A program made the position numbers and the translations under genes. The notes below the pieces were generated by a model, which had not been told where the DNA came from, made no database searches, and worked only from the letters and a program-made list of their open reading frames with translations. This document shows, one piece after another, positions 48,542 to 56,488 of a DNA stretch of 64,000 nt (positions within the stretch are counted from its first letter, which is position 1; every line of letters begins with the position of its first letter). Origin of the DNA: a virus (lineage: Duplodnaviria > Caudoviricetes); IMG/VR virus record IMGVR_UViG_3300021255_002694. One strand, 5' to 3'.

Positions 48542-48630
48542 ATGACATACTTTATCAACTCTTTTGAATCAAAAAACATGCAGTGATGTTTCTATGGATA
48601 TGATTTATGTCTATAGTTTTAGTAACTACA
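48542..48630 (+). ncRNA. Antisense-segment + scaffold RNA, copy D (divergent)
   Basis: ATGACATACTTTATCAACTCTTT, then CAAAAAACAT / GCAGT / ATGTTT / CTATGGA..TCTATAG / TTTTAG / ACTAC. Confidence 0.55.
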
Positions 48631-48637
48631 AAATTAA

Positions 48638-48711
48638 CGGAGTGTGGCTCAGTTTGGTAGATCGCCTGGTTTGGGACCAGGATGCCGCAGGTTCAAGTCC
48701 TGTCACTCCGA
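48638..48711 (+). tRNA. tRNA-Pro(TGG)
   Basis: CCTGG-TTTGGGA-CCAGG. Confidence 0.92.
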
Positions 48712-48718
48712 TTTAACT

Positions 48719-48794
48719 GGAAGGGTAGCTCAGACGGTTAGCAAGCAGCGGTCTTATAAACCGCAGGTCGTGGGTTCGAGTCCCACCTCTTCCA
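48719..48794 (+). tRNA. tRNA-Ile(TAT)
   Basis: GCGGT-CTTATAA-ACCGC anticodon arm, G1-C72, A73. Confidence 0.85.
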
Positions 48795-48888
48795 TTCATG
48801 CTCTACGGAGCGTAATTGATCTTCTGCTATACTGATCAAATCTAATACATCATCACGAAGGCAGAGTAGTGGTGATGTAATTATGAAT
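48794..48888 (+). ncRNA. Small kissing-loop RNA 3
   Basis: Three hairpins inside an ATTCAT/ATGAAT stem; loops TTCTGCT and GGCAGAG are complementary. Confidence 0.55.
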
Positions 48889-48928
48889 AACATTATACTT
48901 GCTTTAATTGTAAGTAAATCATGTTTTT

Positions 48929-49015
<87 letters not shown>

Positions 49016-49019
49016 GTTT

Positions 49020-49168
49020 AGTCATAGGACCGTTGGAGGCTACGATTTACCGATGCAGTCCAGTCAAGGTAATCCCCTAAATCTACACAGGGAACAGAGG
49101 GTATGCAAACGGTGTGTTACTCTAGCAGTAGAAAACATAGCACCGTGACTGATAGGAGAGACTATCAC
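49020..49168 (+). ncRNA. Unknown pseudoknotted RNA
   Basis: AGTCA/TGACT closing stem; ACCGTT/AACGGT, TTACC/GGTAA and TCTAC/GTAGA crossing pairings. Confidence 0.45.
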
Positions 49169-49176
49169 TTATATAT

Positions 49177-49314
49177 GCAGGAATCGTCTAAATGTGGTTG
49201 CGACCAAAAAGAAAGAGTTTGCATTATTCCTAGGTAAGTGATGTGAACTTTAGTAATCCGTAGGACACGAACTGATCATTCGGATGTAGGAGTAGCGACC
49301 TGCTTCCTGCACCA
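49177..49314 (+). tRNA. Remodelled tRNA-Ile(GAT)-like RNA with a ~65-nt D-loop insertion
   Basis: GCAGGAA/TTCCTGC-ACCA acceptor, CGAA-CTGATCA-TTCG anticodon arm, non-canonical T loop AGTAGCGA, and two hairpins inserted in the D loop. Confidence 0.65.
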
Positions 49315-49318
49315 ATAT

Positions 49319-49390
49319 GGCTCTTTCGTCAAGTGGTTAAGACCTCTGTCCGCAAAGCAGATGTCGCTGGTTCAAATCCGGCAAGAGCCT
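49319..49390 (+). tRNA. tRNA-Cys(GCA), with C at position 33
   Basis: TCTGT-CCGCAAA-GCAGA; U73. Confidence 0.85.
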
Positions 49391-49395
49391 TATAT

Positions 49396-49660
49396 GCCCA
49401 AGCACCAGTCCTGAAAAGCACGGTTTGTGTAGCACACAAATGTCAGATGCATAAAGTCAGGTTAAAGTTGAAATTCGCTTGTGCAAAGAATACGGAACTT
49501 CACCGTAGGAGAACAGGTAGACGTACCCAAGAGTAAGTTGCAAGGGCTTAGAACTCTTAGCACGTAGCGTCAACGGAGTCCGGAATCAGGTTAGGATGGT
49601 TTCTTTGAAATATATGCACCGATAAATGTGGTGTCCTGATGAATGACGTAAAAAACCATT
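49396..49660 (+). ncRNA. One or two unknown highly paired RNAs
   Basis: GCCC/GGGC, CCTGA/TCAGG, TACGG/CCGTA and AAGAGT/ACTCTT; then CGTCA/TGACG, ATCAGG/CCTGAT and ATGGTTT/AAACCAT. Confidence 0.5.
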
Positions 49661-49662
49661 TT

Positions 49663-49737
49663 GCAGATGTAGTTTAATGGCTAGAACCTGTGACTTCCAC
49701 TCACAAGACGGGGGTTCGATTCCCCTCATCTGCTCCA
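49663..49737 (+). tRNA. tRNA-Gly(TCC)
   Basis: TGTGA-CTTCCAC-TCACA; TCCA end. Confidence 0.92.
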
Positions 49738-49743
49738 TTATTT

Positions 49744-49815
49744 GCCCCATTAGTTCATCGGACAGAATAAATCCCTTCTAAGGATCAGAGCGCGGTTCAA
49801 TTCCGTGATGGGGTG
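49744..49815 (+). tRNA. tRNA-Arg(TCT)
   Basis: ATCC-CTTCTAA-GGAT anticodon arm. Confidence 0.88.
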
Positions 49816-49978
49816 TCAAAACGCATCGAAATATCTGAATACCATAGCAACATGGAAACAGATAGACAAAATTTTATTTTTGTTCGTTCCCCGATTAGAT
49901 GTGTTTCAATTAAATAGGGAAAACTGCACATATAAGTTGCATTATACATGAAAGTGCAGATATATAAAGGAGATAAAC

Positions 49979-50317
49979 ATGAAATCAGTGCTTATTGTGA
50001 TCATAGCAATGTATCTTGTTTTTGCTATAACTGATGTAATTTGTTGTCCGATTCTATATCAGAAAGTGTTTTATAGAGTATGCAAGGATTCATTCAATGA
50101 TGATCAAGATGCATCGGTGGTTTCAAGAAAACTTGCTAGAGAATTTACATTTCGTTTTGCTTTTGTTCCACTTGCAAATATAGCAATTTTCATATTTTCA
50201 TTTTTAGACAATGATATTTTATGTGAACTTGAAATGTTTACATATAATATGTTTATGGAAGATGAAGATGCTAAATATGCACTTGCAGAGGAATTGAAAG
50301 AAATTAAGAAAGATTAA
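49979..50317 (+). CDS. Hypothetical membrane protein inside the tRNA cluster
   Basis: AAGGAG RBS; two hydrophobic segments. Confidence 0.65.
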   Translation: MKSVLIVIIAMYLVFAITDVICCPILYQKVFYRVCKDSFNDDQDASVVSRKLAREFTFRFAFVPLANIAIFIFSFLDNDILCELEMFTYNMFMEDEDAKYALAEELKEIKKD

Positions 50318-50321
50318 ATAC

Positions 50322-50403
50322 GGGAGTGTCGCCTAGTGGCAATGGCATCTGACTGTAAATCAGACGGTTTTATCCTTCGTTGGTTCAAGTCCAACCACTC
50401 CCA
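50322..50403 (+). tRNA. tRNA-Tyr(GTA)
   Basis: TCTGA-CTGTAAA-TCAGA; long variable arm. Confidence 0.92.
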
Positions 50404-50413
50404 TTATCTATAA

Positions 50414-50497
50414 TGCCGTGTCGCCAAGTGGAAAGGCAGCGGACTTTGACTCCGCCAGCATTTATGCTTTACGTTGGTTCAAATCCAGCCACGGCAA
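50414..50497 (+). tRNA. tRNA-Gln(TTG) with a long variable arm
   Basis: U1-A72, GCGGA-CTTTGAC-TCCGC, extra arm AGCAT-TT-ATGCT. Confidence 0.85.
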
Positions 50498-50504
50498 TTC
50501 AATA

Positions 50505-50579
50505 GGTCCTATCGTCTAGTCTGGTCTAGGACGAGAGATTTTCATTCTCTAAACATCGGTTCAAATCCGGTTAGGATCA
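50505..50579 (+). tRNA. tRNA-Glu(TTC)
   Basis: AGAGA-TTTTCAT-TCTCT. Confidence 0.9.
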
Positions 50580-50584
50580 TCTAA

Positions 50585-50824
50585 GACCACATGCTAATAT
50601 TCTTTGCGTGTTATACTTATGGCATGTTTCCTTTATTTAGAAATCCTGTGTCTTTTATTCATTTTTGCACAGGTCGGGTTGTCCATATGTCCGTACCTCC
50701 TTTGCGGTTTTTTACTCATACCTAAAGTAAACACGCTGCCGGAACAACACCTATGGTGAATGGTACGAAATGACCAGTCTATCTCTCTGCCATACGGGTA
50801 AAGACAGAGAGATAGATTCCGGAA
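50585..50824 (+). ncRNA. Multi-hairpin sRNA with an exposed anti-SD loop, followed by a cloverleaf
   Basis: CCGTA-CCTCCTT-TGCGG hairpin and GCGTGTT/AACACGC long-range pairing; CCGGAA/TTCCGG-closed cloverleaf at 50739-50822. Confidence 0.5.
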
Positions 50825-50857
50825 ACAATAAAAAAAAAAGAAATGTGTGGTGATTTC

Positions 50858-51343
50858 ATGAACAATGAGGGACTGATAAAATGTTTAGAGGGACTTCAGC
50901 AAGCACAGGATACAATAGATTCATTAAGCACTGAAATTGAAGAACTGAAAAACTCTAAAAAATGTCAATCATTACTATCATATATTCAGGGAAGTATATA
51001 CAGACCTGTTAAAGTTTTTTCTAAACAACCTAAATGTGGAAAATGTAATTCAAACGGCATGATCCCAGTAAAAGATGAATTCTTTACAAGATACGTTGAT
51101 TGCGATTGTCAAAAATTAAAATTTGAATATCAAGTTCAAAAATTAGATGTTGTATCAACGTCATATATTGATGATACTGATGATATTACATATGATTGTG
51201 TTGTTGGTAATGATCTAATTTCAGTTGCAGAAAAGTATCTGTACGATAGATTTGATAATAAGCATCTTGCATTAGACAGCAAGAATGTTTTTTATAAGAA
51301 TGAAGAAGATTGTAAAAAATTTGTGGAGGAAAAAAACAAATGA
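50858..51343 (+). CDS. Hypothetical protein with a Zn-finger-like C..C...C.C
   Basis: KCGKCNSNG...DCDC. Confidence 0.6.
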   Translation: MNNEGLIKCLEGLQQAQDTIDSLSTEIEELKNSKKCQSLLSYIQGSIYRPVKVFSKQPKCGKCNSNGMIPVKDEFFTRYVDCDCQKLKFEYQVQKLDVVSTSYIDDTDDITYDCVVGNDLISVAEKYLYDRFDNKHLALDSKNVFYKNEEDCKKFVEEKNK

Positions 51344-51756
51344 AAGTTAAAGGTGTACCGCTATTCGTGACATATAAGCATATTGATTATGTCAACGATA
51401 AAACAGGTGAAGAAGTGCATAGAACAGTTGCGCGATCTATTGTAGATTACTACAATTTGCCTAAAATTATCGCAACTACATTTATGGACATGTTTGCTAA
51501 TACTTCTGATATGTTTGGTGATCGCGCTGTAGAACTTGTTGCAGAAACAGCCTGTAAGGGCGGAGACACATACAATGAAACAACAGGTGAGAAGATCGCT
51601 CGTAAGAAGATCATGAAGAAATATATGTCTCTTGTTTCACAGGCATCTGCAAAGAAGATCGCTGATAATAATAAGGAGATTGAACTTCTTAATGACCTTG
51701 AACACAGTGCAGTACGATGTGAGTCAGATATTATTGATTATCTGAGAAAACAGTAA
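51340..51756 (+). CDS. Hypothetical protein with an A.C...DTYN..TG..IAR.K motif
   Basis: Common phage motif, shared with 46382-46822. Confidence 0.65.
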   Translation: MKVKGVPLFVTYKHIDYVNDKTGEEVHRTVARSIVDYYNLPKIIATTFMDMFANTSDMFGDRAVELVAETACKGGDTYNETTGEKIARKKIMKKYMSLVSQASAKKIADNNKEIELLNDLEHSAVRCESDIIDYLRKQ

Positions 51757-51818
51757 TTCTGCAAATACTAAATCGCTTTTTAGTCTATTCCATTCACGCT
51801 CCTTTATAATATATGCTC

Positions 51819-51849
51819 TAGCCTAGTTTTACAACTAGGCTACTTTTTT
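51819..51849 (+). terminator. Intrinsic terminator
   Basis: TAGCCTAGTT/AACTAGGCTA followed by a T tract. Confidence 0.8.
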
Positions 51850-51941
51850 GTTTCTTTATAGATTATATCACAGAAAAAACTGAATTTACAAGAATATTCA
51901 AACACTATAAGTATGATATTTTGTTGTTTTGGGGTGATAGT

Positions 51942-52934
51942 ATGTCAGTTCCGTACATTATTGATGGTGTTGTTGGTGACGGCACAGAACAAAATCCATA
52001 TCAAGTTACAACAATGGATCAAATGTTCTCATGTTGTGCTGTTGTAGATGCATATGTGTGTCTTATGAATGATATACACTGTGAATTAGATCAGAAATAT
52101 AAAGATTTTGTTACAAATACTCTTGTTATTGATTGTGCAAAACTGTATTCAGAAGGCACACGTAAAATCATATATAACTGGAATTGCAGACCAAAACTGA
52201 TAAATTCATCCATTCCGGATGTAACATTATCTACACGCTGTTGCATAAGAAATGAGTCTGCCGGAACATTGATAGATAATATATCTTTTGAGGGTTGTGT
52301 GTTTAGACAAACATATTATAATCAAAGTACGTTAAGCTGGTCATGCCTACTTTATTTTTCAGATACAACTAAGATAACAAATTCTAATTTCTCTTTCTTT
52401 ATGGATTTCTCTAAATCAATAACAGGTGATAATCAAAGTGGTGACATATATCATTATATACAGGGCGGAAGATTTTATAAAAGTTCCATTCATTTTAGTG
52501 GAAATCAGATTCAGTTCTTATTCAAATCAGGTTATTACCCACATATGGCACTGTTTTCTCCAACTAGATTTGATTGTGGTGAATTGTTTGCAACAAATCT
52601 TTACTTTAATCAATCAGGTTCAATAGCGGTATCAGATTACCCGTATATAAAGAATGTGACAAGGAGTCTTGTTGTAATTGAGAATGGTTATTTTGACAAT
52701 GATCACGGAAATGTGTATACTTACGTACTTACAAACTCATGTAGATATAATATAATATATTTTACTGGAAAACTGCGTAGATCGCCAGGTACTTGGTATC
52801 CATTCACAACAGATTGTGAATATCCTAATCTTATATATAGTGATCTGTTATCTTCAAAGGATGGTGCAGTTGTTGTACGTGATCCTAGCTTATTATCAAA
52901 TATAGATTATATACATTCATTAGGAATATTTTAA
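51942..52934 (+). CDS. Beta-helix / adhesin-like protein, paralog 1
   Basis: N-terminal GDGTEQNPYQV...Y..L.NDI motif typical of GLUG/M26-associated beta-helical proteins. Confidence 0.55.
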   Translation: MSVPYIIDGVVGDGTEQNPYQVTTMDQMFSCCAVVDAYVCLMNDIHCELDQKYKDFVTNTLVIDCAKLYSEGTRKIIYNWNCRPKLINSSIPDVTLSTRCCIRNESAGTLIDNISFEGCVFRQTYYNQSTLSWSCLLYFSDTTKITNSNFSFFMDFSKSITGDNQSGDIYHYIQGGRFYKSSIHFSGNQIQFLFKSGYYPHMALFSPTRFDCGELFATNLYFNQSGSIAVSDYPYIKNVTRSLVVIENGYFDNDHGNVYTYVLTNSCRYNIIYFTGKLRRSPGTWYPFTTDCEYPNLIYSDLLSSKDGAVVVRDPSLLSNIDYIHSLGIF

Positions 52935-52951
52935 TGCAGAGGTGATTATAT

Positions 52952-55900
52952 ATGTCAGTACCATATCAAATAGACGGGATTTCCGGTGATGGAACAGAAT
53001 CAAGCCCATACCTAGTTCACAATATAGATGAAATATTGTCATGTATAGCTGTCACTGATGCATATGTCAAGCTAGTATCGGATATTTATTGTAAAAATGA
53101 TAAAAAGTATAAAAATACAGTTGCATTTAAGTTTGATGTTCAATGTAAAAAATTTTATGCTGATGAGGCAAAATACATATATGGTTTGAAAATATCTGGT
53201 GGATCATTGAAGTATGGTGCATTTATGTCGGCGGTAGCTAATAGTGAAATAGAAAACATACATTTTATTGGTACAATATTTTATAGACAGTATATAGATA
53301 CAGAAACACAGGCTGGATACAATGATTATGATTTTATGTTTGATGATACAACTACAGTTAGGAATTGTACGTTTCAACTGAATGTTTTTCCACACGCATA
53401 CTGTAGAGCTACCGGATTGATAAAAGGTGGAATCGTAGAAAGATGTGCCTTTGTATATAAGTATACAGACTATGTTAAAACATATAATTCTTATCGTTCA
53501 AGTGTGCTGAACGTAACAGGTAATGGTATAAATCCTAAAAAGGCTTCCTATTGTTATTTTTATATTGATGGATATACTTTCAGGTGGCGTGAGGGATATT
53601 CAATGTTCAAGCGTGTTGATCATAGTGCAATATATGTAAACAACATGCATATAATAGAACTGCATAATACAACAAGTGAATCAATATATGGTAATGATAC
53701 AAGTGATTCATCGAACCTGATATTTTGGAATATTTCATATTTTGCTCCTATTGGTATGACACAGTACGAAAATGCAACTTTATATTTCGGAGCTTCGTCA
53801 AAATCTCTTGTGGACATATCATTTGATGATTTTGCATACAGAAACAGAATACATGAATCTATAAGCAAACCATGTGTAAGATCAACAATTTCAGATATGA
53901 GAAATCCATCTTATCTATCTACACAAAGCATGATTAGTTCATATACTTTAGTTGAAAATGGATTTGATTCAGATGTATGGTATTTCAGAGATAACTTCAT
54001 AATGCCTATACCAGTTGGTGTATTATATGTTGAACCAACATATGAGTATGCCTATGAAGATTTTACAACTATCGGTAAAGCAACGTGCGGATTCTATGCA
54101 CCGATAGATACAATAAGACCAATGGGAGCATTTGCACAATCACAAGTAGAAAGTATATCAATACCAATATATACAACAGAACTTGGTAGATTTACATTTT
54201 ATGGATCAAGTCTCAACAATGTGAGAATATCTCCTGATTGTTATTGGTATGATCAAACTTTCCCTGATGATGTTGAATTTGATTTCTATTATAGCGTAAT
54301 ACTGTTACCACAGACAACATATGAGTTTAATATTTCTGATAATGCTGTATTACCTGATGCGGATCAGATAGAAATAGAAGTGACTGACGGCAATAGCGTA
54401 ATTAGAAGTCTTAGTAATTTTGAATATCAAAATTTTTACACAGACATACCTGTTAGAAATAGCACAGGAAGTGTCTACTACTATTTCAACAATAGACAAA
54501 ATAGTATACACACAGATTTCATATATACTGTGTATGGTGATAATTTATTTAGTGGTTCATTTCAACAAGGGTTAATTGATCAAAGTGGTAACATTCAAAG
54601 TGACTATAAAACAATAACATCTGATAAATGTCGTGTAGGTTCTGGAAATTATTTTTGTAGTGTACTTCCGAGAACATCTGAACTTCAAGTACATAAGTAT
54701 ATTCCACCGATTACACAAATTGCATCTACAGCATCGGTTGTTCCGTCAAGTATGTCTGTATCAACTGCAACACAGCATGAAACAGGACAATTACCACTAT
54801 CAATTCTAACTGATAATGAAACAATAGATGATTATACTGTGTATGGAAATGTTAATGCTTCAAGTCTTGATGTATCACCTGAATCACCAGCAACACTGTC
54901 ATATCTATCTAGGAATATTGTAAATGTGTTCCCAAGTTCACCAAAGCAGAATACTACATCTAACGGAATAACATTTGAAAGTAATGGTTTTGGTGGATAT
55001 CATATAGTAGGTAAGGCAACATCATCTGTTCAGTTTGTAGCAAATTTATCCGGTTCTGTAACATTTCCAAAATCAATAAATAACGGCGGAACAGGATGTC
55101 TATATTTTGGAAATACAACATCTGTTGGTGGTATAACAGTAAGATTTATGAATGGATCATCATCGCAGGATTATTGGAACTCTGGCTATATAACAGGTAT
55201 TCCGCATGTAACACAAAATTATGGAACACTAGCAAATAAAACAGTAAACAGACTTAGATTTGAAATCAGTTCTGGATCAACATGCGATATTTGGTTCTAT
55301 ATAATGCTTACAACAGACGGTATTGGAACAAGTGCGAAAAGAGATTTTGCAGTATATGGAAGTAAATTTACAATGAATAGAATAACATCATCAGGAGTAA
55401 ATACATATATACCAACAAATGATTGTGAGATGCTAAAAATACCAAATCACAATATTTCAGATAGTTTAACATATACTGAAAATCAGGTGAGATCAAACGT
55501 AGGAAAATTGGTTTTGACAGGTTCAGATAATATAAACTGGACTGCTGATCAAAATTATTTCTACTGTTCAATATCTGATATAGGTGCAAAGAGTAATTCA
55601 TCAATTTTCTGTACACATTTACTCGAAGTTCAATCTATTTCTGATATGCAGTATGGTAAATGTATGTGTACAGATATACTGATGCTAGGTCTTGTATCAC
55701 AAGATATACAAACCGTAGCTGATCTAAATTCATATCTGCAACAACAGTATACAAACGGTACACCAGTTGTTATACTGTATGAAAAATCACAACAAGAGGT
55801 TTATCAGCAGACCTTTCCGGAGTTTGTTATAACAAAAGAGAAATATTTAGGCTCTGTAAACGGAGATTTTGCAAATACTCCAATTCAATTTAATCTTGAT

Positions 55901-55993
55901 TCTGAGTATAATATAAGATTCTGTATACGTGATAAATCCGGCGATGATATTTCTCCACAAGATATAAGTAACTTCGGATACTACAGACTATAA
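52952..55993 (+). CDS. Large multi-domain adhesin/fibre-like protein, paralog 2
   Basis: Same N-terminal motif; a short BspA-like LRR (GAFAQSQVESISIP...GRFTFYGSSL..V.I); carbohydrate-binding-like modules; L.SYL......GTPV..LY fibre motif. Confidence 0.55.
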   Translation: MSVPYQIDGISGDGTESSPYLVHNIDEILSCIAVTDAYVKLVSDIYCKNDKKYKNTVAFKFDVQCKKFYADEAKYIYGLKISGGSLKYGAFMSAVANSEIENIHFIGTIFYRQYIDTETQAGYNDYDFMFDDTTTVRNCTFQLNVFPHAYCRATGLIKGGIVERCAFVYKYTDYVKTYNSYRSSVLNVTGNGINPKKASYCYFYIDGYTFRWREGYSMFKRVDHSAIYVNNMHIIELHNTTSESIYGNDTSDSSNLIFWNISYFAPIGMTQYENATLYFGASSKSLVDISFDDFAYRNRIHESISKPCVRSTISDMRNPSYLSTQSMISSYTLVENGFDSDVWYFRDNFIMPIPVGVLYVEPTYEYAYEDFTTIGKATCGFYAPIDTIRPMGAFAQSQVESISIPIYTTELGRFTFYGSSLNNVRISPDCYWYDQTFPDDVEFDFYYSVILLPQTTYEFNISDNAVLPDADQIEIEVTDGNSVIRSLSNFEYQNFYTDIPVRNSTGSVYYYFNNRQNSIHTDFIYTVYGDNLFSGSFQQGLIDQSGNIQSDYKTITSDKCRVGSGNYFCSVLPRTSELQVHKYIPPITQIASTASVVPSSMSVSTATQHETGQLPLSILTDNETIDDYTVYGNVNASSLDVSPESPATLSYLSRNIVNVFPSSPKQNTTSNGITFESNGFGGYHIVGKATSSVQFVANLSGSVTFPKSINNGGTGCLYFGNTTSVGGITVRFMNGSSSQDYWNSGYITGIPHVTQNYGTLANKTVNRLRFEISSGSTCDIWFYIMLTTDGIGTSAKRDFAVYGSKFTMNRITSSGVNTYIPTNDCEMLKIPNHNISDSLTYTENQVRSNVGKLVLTGSDNINWTADQNYFYCSISDIGAKSNSSIFCTHLLEVQSISDMQYGKCMCTDILMLGLVSQDIQTVADLNSYLQQQYTNGTPVVILYEKSQQEVYQQTFPEFVITKEKYLGSVNGDFANTPIQFNLDSEYNIRFCIRDKSGDDISPQDISNFGYYRL

Positions 55994-55999
55994 TTTGAT

Positions 56000-56039
56000 A
56001 ATAGTGCTATAGGTTAATTTTACTATAGCACTATTTTTT
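56000..56039 (+). terminator. Intrinsic terminator
   Basis: AATAGTGCTATAG/CTATAGCACTATT followed by a T tract. Confidence 0.82.
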
Positions 56040-56072
56040 ATTATCATTTAACATTAAAATTTCAAAAATTAC

Positions 56073-56101
56073 TTGACTTTTCTTGTCAGATGTGATATAC
56101 T
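56073..56101 (+). promoter_or_regulatory. sigmaA-type promoter
   Basis: TTGACT-17-TATACT with TG extension. Confidence 0.85.
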
Positions 56102-56155
56102 ATATATGTAAAGTTTTACTTTAATTTTGATATTTTTTGTAATGGAGTTGATATT

Positions 56156-56488
56156 TTGAAAAAACCAACACGTTATTATAGCGATAAACATGAAAAGCGT
56201 ACAGCAAAGAATCTTGGAGCAAAGGTTCAAACAAGTAGTGGATCAAGTTCATTCCTTAAAGGTGATGTAATTTCAAATTCATGTTTGATTGAGTGCAAGA
56301 CTGCTACATCTGAGAAGAAATCGTTTTCAATCAAGAAAGAATGGCTTGATAAGATTGATGAACAATGTTTTGAAATGGGTAAGAAATATCCAATTCTGGC
56401 ATTTGATTTCGGTGATGGTGATAATTACTACATCCTTAATGAACTTGTGATGAAGAAGTTTGTTGAGTTTCTGGACAGTCAGGAGTGA
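56156..56488 (+). CDS. Hjc-like PD-(D/E)XK resolvase/nuclease
   Basis: HE...A..L.....SGS....KGDV.....LIECKT motif. Confidence 0.75.
   Translation: MKKPTRYYSDKHEKRTAKNLGAKVQTSSGSSSFLKGDVISNSCLIECKTATSEKKSFSIKKEWLDKIDEQCFEMGKKYPILAFDFGDGDNYYILNELVMKKFVEFLDSQE

Noticed and set aside
49605-49650. Hammerhead ribozyme suggested by CTGATGA and GAAA
   Set aside because: The required stems II and III do not form around the core; CCTGAT pairs with ATCAGG instead.
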